Positions 14,039 through 26,110 of a stretch of DNA of 64,000 nt are shown one piece after another. Below the pieces are notes generated by a model that saw only the letters and a program-made list of their open reading frames with translations, was not told the origin of the DNA and did not search any database. The position numbers and the translations under genes were made by a program. Source of the stretch: Octopus sinensis (lineage: Eukaryota); NCBI RefSeq assembly GCF_006345805.1, contig NC_042997.1, positions 78,802,001 through 78,866,000 of the forward strand, written 5' to 3'. Positions within the stretch are counted from its first letter, which is position 1, and each line of letters opens with the position of its first letter.

Positions 14039-15251
14039 ACACACACACAGAGTCTAGGTTTGATTTCGTTATTACACAAATGCCACATTAAAATTTTGCA
14101 ATTCAACATGGGGCGTCCAAAAAATATGGACATTCTTTCGCTTGAACTCGCACACTTTGTTAATATCCGTAAAAATTTTTTACTTATTTACTTTTTCCGC
14201 GCCGTGTTCATCTCTATGTATTTGTAGTCGGTCACACACGCACACGTGTTTTTGTATGTACGTTTGTATACATTTGTGTGAGTGTGCGAGAGAGAGAGAG
14301 AGGGGGTGAAGGGGTATGTTATGTATGCGTACATGCATAAATACATATGCATACATCTCTTGTGTATGTATGTGTGCGTGTGTGTGATAGACACAGAGAG
14401 GTAATGATGTCTAAGTGGCACTCACTCTCTCTTTTTCTCTCTCTCACACACACACGCGCGCACACACATACAAAAAAGATGTATGTGCGTATACATGACA
14501 AAACACTCCTTCACTCTCTCTCTCTCACACACACATACACACGTCCATTTGATCTGATGTTTGATATTGTATGCATATGTATCTGTGTGTGTGTGCCCAT
14601 GCGTGCTGCGTTCCACAATCGTCAGAAAAAAGCAGAAGAATTTTCTTTCCTGATGCTCCTCATGGCACAGGTAAAGCACTTGTAATAACATTGCTTGTTT
14701 CCAATGTAAGGCAACAAAAAAGAATTGCAGTAGCTGTAGCATTGTCTGACATTGCTGCCACCATTCTCCCAGGAGGACGAACACCTCATTCTGCATTTAA
14801 ATTACCGCTAAACCTGTTCACAAATGACAGTCCAATTTGTAACATAAGCAAAGATTCGGGTTCAGCAGAAGTGTTGTGCTAGTGCCACCTTATCATTTCA
14901 TCCTTCTAAATTATGCAATGGGACAAGGTTAATTGTAAAGACATTACCACCTAATGTGATAGAAGTTACAATCGTCACTGGATGTACCACTGGGGAAGTG
15001 TTTTTATTCCAAGAAATCCAATCAAGCCAACCGACAAGCCATTTGAGTTCAAACGAATGCAATTCCACGGCGACATTGCTTTGCAATGTCTATCAATAAA
15101 GCTCAAGGCCAGACTTCGTAATGAACTGGTTTGCTTTACGCATGGTCAACTTTATGTTTTTTGCTCCAGGGTTTGTAGTTTGCAAGATATATTTGTCTAT
15201 GCTCCAAACCAGAAAACAAAGAATATTGTTTACCCAGAAGCTCCTACGTAA
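13604..15251 (+). mobile_element. internally deleted Helitron with PIF1-helicase fragments
   Basis: FFPDAPHGTGK...IAATILPGGRTPHSAFKLPL (14630-14880) is joined directly to KLCNGTRLIV...PFEFKRMQF...FTHGQLYVFCSRV...KTKNIVYPEA (14905-15251). TCTATATATAAT 5' end at 13604. Confidence 0.8.
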
Positions 15252-15513
15252 TTTCCCCCAACACATATAGTAGAATTTTTCTCCTTTCATAAAAATGGTA
15301 AATTTTATGTTTCTTTATTATTATTATGAACCTTCTTCTTCATCTTCTTCTTCTTATCATTATTATTGTTGTTGTTGTTGTTGTTTTATATTATGAATTC
15401 AGATTTGATTTCTCACTTAAAGAATAAATTGTATCCAATTGAAGAATAAATTGAATTTCAAATAACAAATTTCTATATAACATATTTTCGTTTTTCTTCC
15501 AACATATAAGTGA

Positions 15514-15592
<79 letters not shown>

Positions 15593-15686
15593 TTTATTTA
15601 AAAGCTTTTAAATAAAGCATATTACTCTACCTCTGGTGTTGGAGTACTCTTTTGTCCACCTTGTTTCACATTTATGTGTTTACTCC

Positions 15687-15727
<41 letters not shown>

Positions 15728-15929
15728 ATGCATATGTAAATATATATATTGTATATATATATACATAATATTATATATATATTATGTATATATATATATA
15801 TATGTGTGTATACAATATATATGTGTTATAAATATATATACGTTATATATATATATATTATATATATTATATAAATATATATATTACATATATCATATAT
15901 ATATTATATATATTATATGTATAATATAT

Positions 15930-16879
15930 ATAAGTAAACCCAAGTGCAAGTGCCCCTACCACCATCAAAGCGAAAAACCATGGTGGTGAAAGAGCCAAGA
16001 AAGAACAACTAAAAGGAGCAAAAACAAAAGATGAAACAGCCAATGAAAGAAGCAAACCTGACTGCCCATATAACAAAAAGGATAAAAAGAGACAGCACAC
16101 ATGAATGTGCAAATTCTACTTGAAAGGTGTCTGCTGACATGGTGAGGGAGGTGCAAGCTGCCGTTTTGTACATCAAAGCCTCCGCCACGCAAACATGAAA
16201 CAGGGCGGAAACCACCAGCCAAAAGGAAAGGACTACGCAACACCTGCCCCAAAACGGAGATACGCAGATGTAGGCGTGCGACAAACCAGTCTTATCAACA
16301 TGTTGTTGAAAGGACAGCTGCTAAACAACAATCTTTTGGTGCATGGCACAAAAGATTGTACCGCAGCTGACCTGGCTACATCAATCTCACAGATGGGACT
16401 ATACCCAATACACAAGACTACCAGATATAAAAACAGATGCAGTGATGATCGATTACATCAATATAAAAAAAAAGACGATGTAATAAAGGCTATAGATGAA
16501 ATGAATCCAAACGCAGCTGCTGGCCCTGATGGATTCCCAGCAATCCTTCTAAAAGCATGTAAGCGAGTCCTAGCAAGACCACTGCAGTCCCTCTTTCAGA
16601 GCTTCATTGCAACTGGCAAACTTCCAAGTAAACTGAAGGAGGGTAAAATATGTCATATTCATAAAGGAGGTAGCAGAACAGAGGCCAAAAACTACAGACT
16701 TATCTCTCTGACCTCGCACATCAGCAAGGTCATGGAACGAATAGTTAGAAGAAAACTAATCACCTTCCTTGAAGAAAATGACTTGCTGACTGACACCCAA
16801 CATGGTTTCCGACCAGGAAGAAGCTGCCTGACTCAGCTCTTACAACATACATACATACATACATACATACATACATACA

Positions 16880-16910
<31 letters not shown>

Positions 16911-17712
16911 GAACGAACTGTTAGTTTCACAGATGTAGCACGGAATTTTGTCAGCGAACAGGTCGCGGTCTCAAAGCAGCTGCTTCAAATATGAAAGTGA
17001 TATGTCTGGAGTTTGCAAAGGCCTTTGATAAAGTCAATCATGGAATGATATGTCACAAACTACGTGGTCTTGACATAGTCGGAAAATTGGGAGAATGGCT
17101 TCGTGACTTTCTGAAGGATAGAAGTCAGGTGGTAGGAGCCAATGGGGCCAGCTCCAATGACACGCAAATAGTGAACGGTGTTCCGCAAGGCACTTTTTGG
17201 GGACCACTACAGTTCATAATGGCCCTCTCAGACATGCCCTCAGCCACACAGAGATCCATGATCACAAGTTATGCAAATGATACACAAATCTCACGGGTAA
17301 TACAGAACCCTGAAGACATTATGCATGTGCAATGTAAGCTGATGAAATAGACAAGTGAGCTGGAAAGAATAGCATGCAGTTCAATGCTGAAAAGTTTCAA
17401 GACTTGTGCTATCAGCATGCAAAACTAAATGCAATACTAATTAAATACACTGGACCTGGAGGGATTGCAATCCCAGAGGCATAGTCAGTGCGAGACCTGG
17501 GCATTTACATGAGTAATGATGCATCCTTCCATGTGCATGTTGCTAAATTGGCAATGAAATGCAGGTGACTGACCGGATGCATTCTTAGAACTTTTAGAAC
17601 AAGAGATCAGGAAATCATGATGGTCCTTTGGAGGACACTTGTCCTAAACCACTTTGACTATTGCTCTCAGCTATGGTCACCAACCAGTATCAAATTAATC
17701 TCAGAACTGAAA
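15930..17712 (+). mobile_element. CR1-like LINE copy 2: ORF1 CCCH-finger remnant fused by deletion to RT
   Basis: CKFYLKGVC*HGEGGASCRFVH (~16110-16175). AAAGPDGFPAILLKAC...QHGFRPGRSCLTQLLQH, EFAKAFDKV, GVPQG, YANDT, FDYCSQLWSP. Same family as 4930-6420. Confidence 0.85.
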
Positions 17713-17810
17713 CAGGTGCTGAAACAAAAACAATTGCAGTGTGGAAGGTGTTTATAAGCCATTTAAAAACACACAAATTCCGTTAGATTCACTTCAACAT
17801 ATAAATTTAA

Positions 17811-17861
17811 TTTGCTAAAATATTTTCGTCGCTTTGAGACCGCGACCTGATCGCTGACAAA
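17811..17861 (-). ncRNA. hammerhead-like motif with G3-C8 swapped core
   Basis: TTTGTCA-GCGATCA-G-GTCGC(GGTCTCAAA)GCGAC-GAAA-A(TA)T-TT-TAGCAAA. Stem III is the palindrome AATATT. Stem I is imperfect. Confidence 0.45.
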
Positions 17862-17897
17862 ATTCCGTGCTACATCTGTGAAACTAACAGTTAGTTC

Positions 17898-17898
<1 letters not shown>

Positions 17899-17928
<30 letters not shown>

Positions 17929-18358
17929 TGTATGTATGTATGTATGTATGTATGTATGTACGTATGTACGTATGTATGTATGTATTTATGTATGTATGTA
18001 TTTATGTACGTATGTATATATGTACGTACGTATGTATGTATGTATGTATATATGTATGTATGTGTACATGTATGTGCGTATGCATATGTGTACAAGCGTA
18101 TGCATGTGTGCATACGTATACGCATGTATGTATGTATGTATGTATTTATGTATGTATTTATGTACGTACGTATGCATGTATGTATGTATGTACGTACGTA
18201 TGTATGCATGCATGTATGTATGTATATATGTATGTATGTATGTGTACATGTATGTGCGTATGTATATGTGTACAAGCGTATGCATGTGTGCATGCGTATA
18301 CGCATGTATGTATGTATGTATGTATGTATGTATGTATGTATGTATGTACGTATGTGTG
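17899..18358. repeat. (TATG)n array with an internal ~180-bp higher-order duplication
   Basis: Block 'gtgtacatgtatgtgcgtatg...gtacaagcgtatgcatgtgtgcat' occurs at ~18061 and ~18241. Confidence 0.9.
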
Positions 18359-18360
18359 AA

Positions 18361-18670
18361 GGCACGTGGCTAAGTGGTTAGGGCATTCGACTCACGATTG
18401 TAAGGTCGTGAGTTCGATTCCCGGCGACGCGTTGTGTCCTTGAGTAAGACACTTTATTACACGTTGCTCCTGTCCACTCAGCTGGCAAAAATGAGTTGTA
18501 CTTGTATTTCAAAGGGCCGGCCTTGTCACGCTGAATCTCCCTGAGAACTACGTTAGGAGTACGCGTGTCTGTGGATTGCTCAGTCACTTGCACGTTAATT
18601 TCATGAGCAGGCTGTTCCGTTGATCGTATCAGCTGGGACTCTCGTCGTCGCAACCGACTGAGTGCTCCTA
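18361..18670 (+). mobile_element. tRNA-derived SINE
   Basis: A-box TGGCTAAGTGG, B-box GAGTTCGATTC, then the conserved 'tgtgtccttgagtaagacact' core. Confidence 0.85.
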
Positions 18671-18814
18671 TAGGAGGATAATGTATGTATGTAAATATGT
18701 ATGCACGTGAGTATTTAGGTAAGTGTGTAGACGTGTCTGTGTTTTTGTGTGTACATATGTATGTACATGTCAACGTAGCTTTATGTACTGATATGTGTCT
18801 GTTGAAGGTTTTAT

Positions 18815-18853
<39 letters not shown>

Positions 18854-18857
18854 GGCG

Positions 18858-18923
<66 letters not shown>

Positions 18924-20305
18924 GGCGGTGCCCCAGCATGGCCACAGCTCATGAGCTGAAACTGGAAAAATCAAAATCAAAATCAAAAAAATCATATATA
19001 AAACTTACTTGGAAGAAGACGACGCGTGGTATTCGATCATATAATAACAATTTAATAAGTAAAACATATGCATACATACATATATGTACATACCTACATC
19101 TATATGTATATATACAGGACACCACAAAAAAAACGTAGAACACAACGAGAAACGAAAACATAAAAAGAAAACAAGGAAACGGACTTTTTTTAACAACGAA
19201 AAACAGAGTACAAAACAACAACACAAAGAACATACCCCTTCTTCAGCTGCCCCTGTTTCGACTCATTGCGTGTTTCGAAGTTAAGGGTGGTGGGCATCTT
19301 AATGTCAACCAGAGAAGTTGAATTGTTGAGAATCTTTTTAACTTGGGTCTTATATATATTGTTTGAATTTCTTTGAAATAGGAAATATATGTTCACTGGG
19401 TTTGTAAAAGAGAGCAAAGTTACAGGAAACCAAGAGACGAATGATCACAATAAGAAGTCAGTTACAGTACCCTAGTCGTTACCACTCCCAATGTAGGATT
19501 CCTCACCATCCAGGTGATAGGCACAGCCGTAAGATGCATTACGAATCTACAGCAATTGGAAGGGCGTGGCCCAACTGAAATAAACATTAACAACTGTGTG
19601 ACGTGAGGGCTTAGGAGAAATGAAAGTGTCACCTCTGGAGTTTGCAAATGACCACTATACTGATACGTAACTGGACAGAATAAATTTACAATCTATAAAT
19701 GTGCTTGACTAACTAGTCACTCATCTGGGAAGGCCTTGAAATCAATGTTATCATCTGGGGACTATGTATGACCTAGTGATAATAAAAAGATTGAAAGGAG
19801 GTCTGCAATCAAATAACTTTACTCAACACTTTGCAACTGAATCAGTGGAGGCAAAGATGCCTCTCATTTACTTGACAATTTATGCACCACATTGCAGAAA
19901 TCACAATGTAAGTGTATGTCAAAGCAAACTGTTACACTGTTGTACCATTGAATTACAAATAATGGTCATCTTTTATGCTCGAGTAACCCTACAGCTTCCA
20001 AGAGCACAACTGTATTCGTTTTTGCTTAGATAAAATGACAAAATTGTGGGTGTTGAGTCCTCATGGAGGGGTCTTTCTAACTTGTAAGAAGATGAAATTT
20101 TATAAATATTACTTCATTTGTGTCTAATATCTCTGATTAAAAATTTCATCAACAGCAAAAATATATGAATTGTTATGGGGGTTATGGCCCTTATGCATAG
20201 AATATAATTTCCAAATTTCATAAAGATCCATTCAGTACTTTTGACCTAGTTTTGGATCATAAAAGAAATGACTAAAATTTGGGAGCTAAGGCCCCCATTA
20301 GGGTG

Positions 20306-20429
<124 letters not shown>

Positions 20430-20945
20430 TACAAAGATAAATTGATAGATACAACTGAGAGGGCAAAGAAAAATATGAGACACTGACTAGTGTTTTTTTT
20501 ATGTTGATAAGCCTGGTACTTATTCTATTAGTTTGTTCTTGTGAAACCAGTAAGTTATGGAGATGTAAATAAATGAACAGCCGTTGTGAAGTAGTGATGA
20601 GGGCGGAACACAGAGACAAAGACACACACATACACTTATATATATACATACAACTCTATACGATTGATTTGTTTCATTTCCTGTCAACGAAATCCATATA
20701 TATATACTCTTTACTCTTTACTCTTTTACTTGTTTCAGCCATTTGACTGTGGGCATGCTGAAGTACCACCTTTAGTCGAGCAAATCGACACCAGGACTTA
20801 TTCTTTGTAAGCCTAATACTTATTCAATCGGTCTCTTTTGCCAAACCGCTAAGCTACGGGGACATAAACACACCAGCATCGGTTGTCAAGCGATGTTGGA
20901 GGGACAAACACAGACACACAAACATATACACACACATACATACAT

Positions 20946-21021
<76 letters not shown>

Positions 21022-21097
21022 ATAAGATCGTTAGTTTAAAATAAAATAACGAACTTATCAAGTGGCCAGCATGGGAAAAAAATAACCTTCAAAGGTA

Positions 21098-21690
21098 ATA
21101 ATTATTAAAATTATAAATTAGGGTATCTACAAGATACCACCATGCTGAAAATAGCAGCCATGATCCGACTCTAAAACCACCTTAAGTTTTCATATAGCAA
21201 CATGGAGAGAAGACAAAGAGACAAGATGAAACTAGTAAAAAATTACTGGATAATTCCAGATCCTGGATTTCTGGCATTGCATTTCGGAAAGCTTTGCCTC
21301 GTCAGTGGAATACACTCAGAAAGAAACATAAATACATATATATATATATAAACACAACATACGAATACTTACATATACGAACGTATACATACATATATAT
21401 GCACGTATGCATCGGGGCTAGTTCAAAATGTTGTGTTTATATATATATATATGTATTTATGTTTCTTTCTGAGTGTATTCCACTGACGAGGTAAAGTATT
21501 CCAAGATGCAAAGTCAGAAATCCGGGATCTGGAATTATCCAGTAATATTTTTTTACCTTCATCTTGTCTCTTTGTCTTCTCTCCATGTTGCTATATGAAA
21601 ACTTAAGATGGTTTTAGAGTCGGATCATGACTGCTATTTGCAGCATGGTGGTATCTCGTAGATACCCTAATTTATAATTTTGATAATTAT
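21098..21690. repeat. ~590 bp inverted repeat (arms ~21098-21345 / ~21440-21690) carrying hammerhead motifs
   Basis: Arms are diverged reverse complements around a (TA/CA) spacer. Confidence 0.88.
21253..21311 (-). ncRNA. type I hammerhead motif (decayed twin at 21477-21535, +)
   Basis: ATTCCA-CTGACGA-GG(CAAAGCTTT)CC-GAAA-T(19 nt)A-TC-TGGAAT, AUC triplet. The twin has GAAA changed to AAGA. Confidence 0.55.
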
Positions 21691-21702
21691 ATGTGTGTGC
21701 GT

Positions 21703-21769
<67 letters not shown>

Positions 21770-22940
21770 CACACACACAAAGATCAATTGATAGATATAA
21801 CTAAGTGGGCAAACAAAAATATGAGACACTGCCTAGTGCTTTTTTTTATTTTGATAAGCCTGGTACTTATTCAATCAGTTTCTTCTTGTGAAACCAGTAA
21901 GTTATGGGGATGTAAATAAACGAACACCAGTTGTGAAGCAGTGATGACGTAGAAACACAAAGACACACACATAGACTTACATATATACATACATATATAT
22001 ACAATTGATTTCTTTCAGTTACTGTCTACAAAATCCACTGACAAGGCTTTGGTTGGTCTGAGGCTATAGCGGAAGACACATGCCAAGTTACCACAAAGTG
22101 GGACTGAACTGAGGACCATGTGTTTTGGAACCAAGTTTGTTACCACACAGCCACATCTGCACCTATGTATGTGTGTTTGTGTGTGTGGGTGTGTATGTGT
22201 ATATGGGTGTATATATGTATGCATGTATATACGTGTATATATATATGTGTACATATTACATGTACATCTATCTATATATATACATCTACACATGCATGTA
22301 TACATATACATCTATATCTATAGAAATACATCTATACATATACATGTATACATATACAGCTATACATATACATTTATACATATACAGCTATACATATACA
22401 TTTATATATATATACACATGTGTATATATATATACATCCATATATATACATGTATATATATACATCCAAATATATACATCTATACGTATACATCTATATA
22501 TATATACATGTAAATTTAAATTCAAAATAAGGGGGAAAAATTGAATATTAATTTCCTTAATATGAATTGAAAACCAGTGGTGTAGCATATAAGACCATAG
22601 AGGATCTTCTTCTAGCAAAATGGATGTCCACTGTTAATGGTTCAACCCTCTTGTATAATAGTTTCCTTTAATAGTTTCAGTATTAAAGTGAAAGCATCTG
22701 ACATTACAATAGAGGGATGTTTTTGTTTCACTTTTAATACGTAATACTGAAATAGTGGAGAAGATATGATATTGCTGTGGGCTCGCCCTAGGCAAGAGTT
22801 TAAAAATTTTTTTGTCCATGACACTACATGAACCCTAAGTGAAACATGTACAAAAATTCGAATGAATTTGGTTGTGTAGTTCTCGAGTTTTAGGGATTCC
22901 CACAGACAGACACACATTCTCAGTTTTATATATATATATA

Positions 22941-23738
22941 AGAGAGTAACCACTAAGTGGTCGACTCTAGCACTAAATTTTTGTAGCACTGTATTTTTGT
23001 TATTTTTATTTGCCCTGTTCGTTTGCGCTAGTAGTCGTGCTAACTTTCATCAGAAACAATTCTTTGTGGCTGAAACCTAGCGGATCTATTTTTAGTGCTA
23101 GAGTCGACCACATAGTGGTTACTCTCTTATATTTATGTATAAAATTTATTGTATTCCTGGTTTTTATGCACTAAGCCACTTGGTGTTAAATGGATATACT
23201 ATTAAATTTGTATCCAATTTTCTCACCCTTATTAGTTTATTGTAATTATACTACATTTAATTTTGGATGTAGTATCTGTTTCCGTGAATTTTGGCGGGCT
23301 GTGGCAGGGGCACTTGAATTATAACAGCGAATGCAATCGACTGAACCCCACGTGTGTTTATCGTTATGGTAGAATCTAGCGTGCGGTTGAGTAAATTGTA
23401 TTCTGGACGGGTTCGGCTGAAGAGCTACAGCTATGTTGTGTGAGTAAAATTACATAATTTATTAATAGCGAAACAATTGTCCTGAACTAATCTGCATTTT
23501 TGTTATTTTTATTTGCCCTGTTCGTTTGCGCTAGTAGTCGTGCTAACTTTCATCGGAAACAATTCTTTGTGGCTGAAACCTAGCGGATCTATTTTTAGTG
23601 CTAGAGTCGACCACATAGTGGTTACTCTCTTATATTTATGTATAAAATTTATTGTATTCCTGGTTTTTATGCACTAAGCCACTTGGTGTTAAATGGATGT
23701 ACTATTAAATTAGTATCCAATTTCTCACCCGTATTAGT
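22941..23738 (+). mobile_element. non-autonomous Penelope-like/retrozyme-like element: 1.5 copies of a 503-bp unit plus a 5' inverted piece
   Basis: 22993-~23236 repeats almost identically at 23496-~23738. 22941-22977 is the reverse complement of 23091-23127. There is no ORF. Confidence 0.7.
23411..23487 (+). ncRNA. canonical type I hammerhead ribozyme
   Basis: GTTCGG-CTGAAGA-GCTA(38 nt)TAGC-GAAA-CAATTG-TC-CTGAAC. All core positions intact, GUC triplet, palindromic stem III ACAATTGT. Confidence 0.85.
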
Positions 23739-23743
23739 TGATG

Positions 23744-23780
<37 letters not shown>

Positions 23781-23845
23781 ATATATATATATTATACATT
23801 TTTTTTCTCTCCTCCTTCTTTCTGTGTTTTTTTTCTCTCTGTGTA

Positions 23846-23883
23846 TCTTTCTGTTGAAGAGCGTAGGCTCGAAACGTTTAAGA
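23846..23883 (+). ncRNA. minimal hammerhead-like variant (core CTGTTGA) in a Penelope-like terminus (~23790-23985)
   Basis: TCTTT-CTGTTGA-A-GAGC(GTAG)GCTC-GAAA-CG-TT-TAAGA. Confidence 0.5.
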
Positions 23884-24019
23884 CTTGTTTTTATTTATAT
23901 TTCCTGAGCGCCATACTAATACATTGGTTGTTTGTTTTCCACCTGCCTTCGTCTTTTGTCTATTTTCATAAAGCTTCCCGTTATATATATATATATTATA
24001 TATATATATAATATATATA

Positions 24020-24063
<44 letters not shown>

Positions 24064-24123
24064 TATATATTTAAATATATATACATACACATATATACAT
24101 ACACATATATACATATATCTACT

Positions 24124-24175
<52 letters not shown>

Positions 24176-24255
24176 GTCCCGGGTTGATTCGGGGTTAACC
24201 ACAGTAAATAAGGTACTCATACATAGCAGATTAAAATTAATTTATATATAGAAGG

Positions 24256-24306
24256 AGGTTCTACAGGACTAGAACTGTTTCATTCAAGAGAAATCTTCAG
24301 GAAGCT
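24256..24306 (-). ncRNA. type I hammerhead motif (left-arm copy)
   Basis: As 26060-26110 but with stem I' GAACCT (one mismatch). Confidence 0.55.
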
Positions 24307-24559
24307 AGTTAACAAGAATTGTATTGGCATTTATACATTTAGGCAGGTTTATAGGGGTGGTGTGGGGGACTTTTTGGGGGTAGGCATAGCGCAAAAACAT
24401 ACTTGGAGGAGTGGTCAAGGAGTCAGTGGTAAATTAGATAGAAGAATAATAAAAGAATAAAAAAAGAATAAAATACAAAAATATATAGAAGAATAGAGTT
24501 TAGGTAAATAAGGATTCTCAACACACACACATATACATCACACATACACCCACACACCC

Positions 24560-24592
<33 letters not shown>

Positions 24593-24611
24593 TATACATA
24601 CATATATCTAC

Positions 24612-24642
<31 letters not shown>

Positions 24643-24678
24643 CATATACATACATACATGTATATATGTGTGTGTATA

Positions 24679-24728
<50 letters not shown>

Positions 24729-24810
24729 ATATATACTATATATGTGAATATGTGTGTGTATGTGTACATATGTGTATGTGTGTATGTGTATGTGTGTATG
24801 TATTGTGATA

Positions 24811-24857
<47 letters not shown>

Positions 24858-25477
24858 GCATGTATATGTGTATGTGCGTGTATGTGATATGTGTATGTAT
24901 GTGTGTTGTGTATATGTTGTATATGTAGGTATGTATGTGGATGTATTGTGTATATATATATATATATATAATATATATATATTATATATATATTATATAT
25001 ATATATTATATTAATATATATATATGTATGTATGTATATGTAGATATGTAGGTACGCGTACGTATGTGGATATACGTGTATGTATGTAGATGTATGTATG
25101 TATGAATATAACGCGTGCATGCGTGTATGTGTATGAGTGTACGAATGAGAGTGTGTGTGCGTGCTAATGAGTGTGCGTGCGTGAGTGAGTGCTTGTGCTC
25201 AAGTAGAAAGATAAAAGGGACTAGCCAAGATGTTTGTGACCAGCGGTCAAAGATAACAAAAGTATAAATGAAGATAATAAAATTAAAATTAGGGAATGGG
25301 TTTGTAATTGTATGTAATATATGTGTGTATGGTGTAGGTATGAATAGGTAACATATGTATGTATGTGTGTGTATGTATGTGTATATGTTGTGTGTGTATA
25401 CATACATATATGTGTATGAATAGGTACACATATGTAATGTATATATATATATATAATATATATATTCTATATATATA

Positions 25478-25520
<43 letters not shown>

Positions 25521-25706
25521 ATACATATGATGTATATGTATATTGAGTATATAGGGACTTGTGTGTTGTGTGTGCATGTGTGTATGTGGATATGTGTGTG
25601 TATGTATATATTTTTTTGTGTGTATGTGTATGTGTGGTCGTGTGTGTGTATATATACATGTGTGTGGGTATATGTATATGCATGTATATGTGTATGTATG
25701 TATATG

Positions 25707-25738
<32 letters not shown>

Positions 25739-26059
25739 TGTAGATATATGTATGTATATGTGTGTGTGTATATATATATATTATTATATATATATATATG
25801 GGTGTGGTGTATGTATGTGTTATGTATATGTGTGTGTGTGAGAATTTCCTTATTTACCTAAAACTCTATTCTTCTATATATTTTTGTATTTTATTCTTTT
25901 TTATTCTTTTATTTATTCTTCTATCTAATTTACCACTGACTCCTTGACCACTCCCCCAAGTATGATTTTTTTGCGCTATGCCTACCCCCAAAAGTTCCCC
26001 CCCCCCACCCCCTATAAACCTGCCTAAATGTATAAATGCCAATACAATTCTTGTTAACT

Positions 26060-26110
26060 AGCTTCCTGAAGATTTCTCTTGAATGAAACAGTTCTAGTCC
26101 TGTAGAAGCT
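26060..26110 (+). ncRNA. type I hammerhead motif (right-arm copy)
   Basis: AGCTTC-CTGAAGA-TTTC(TCTT)GAAT-GAAA-CAG(TTCTAGTC)CTG-TA-GAAGCT. GUA triplet. The first stem II pair is U-U. Confidence 0.65.

Larger units (their letters stand above)
20705..22160 (-). mobile_element. SINE pieces (tail 20705-20935, head 22000-22160) flanking a palindromic insert
   Basis: Same family as 63540-63910. Confidence 0.65.

Noticed and set aside
18361-18430. tRNA gene from A/B boxes (also other SINE heads)
   Set aside because: No complete cloverleaf, and the sequence continues into a multi-copy SINE body.
19290-20260. Unique-looking, moderately GC-richer stretch as host exons
   Set aside because: Candidate splice-bounded segments contain stops or give unrecognisable peptides; probably an old TE.
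22941-23127. 187-bp TA-flanked MITE defined by 37-bp TIRs
   Set aside because: The right arm recurs inside the second tandem unit without a left arm, which fits an inverted 5' piece of the hammerhead element better.
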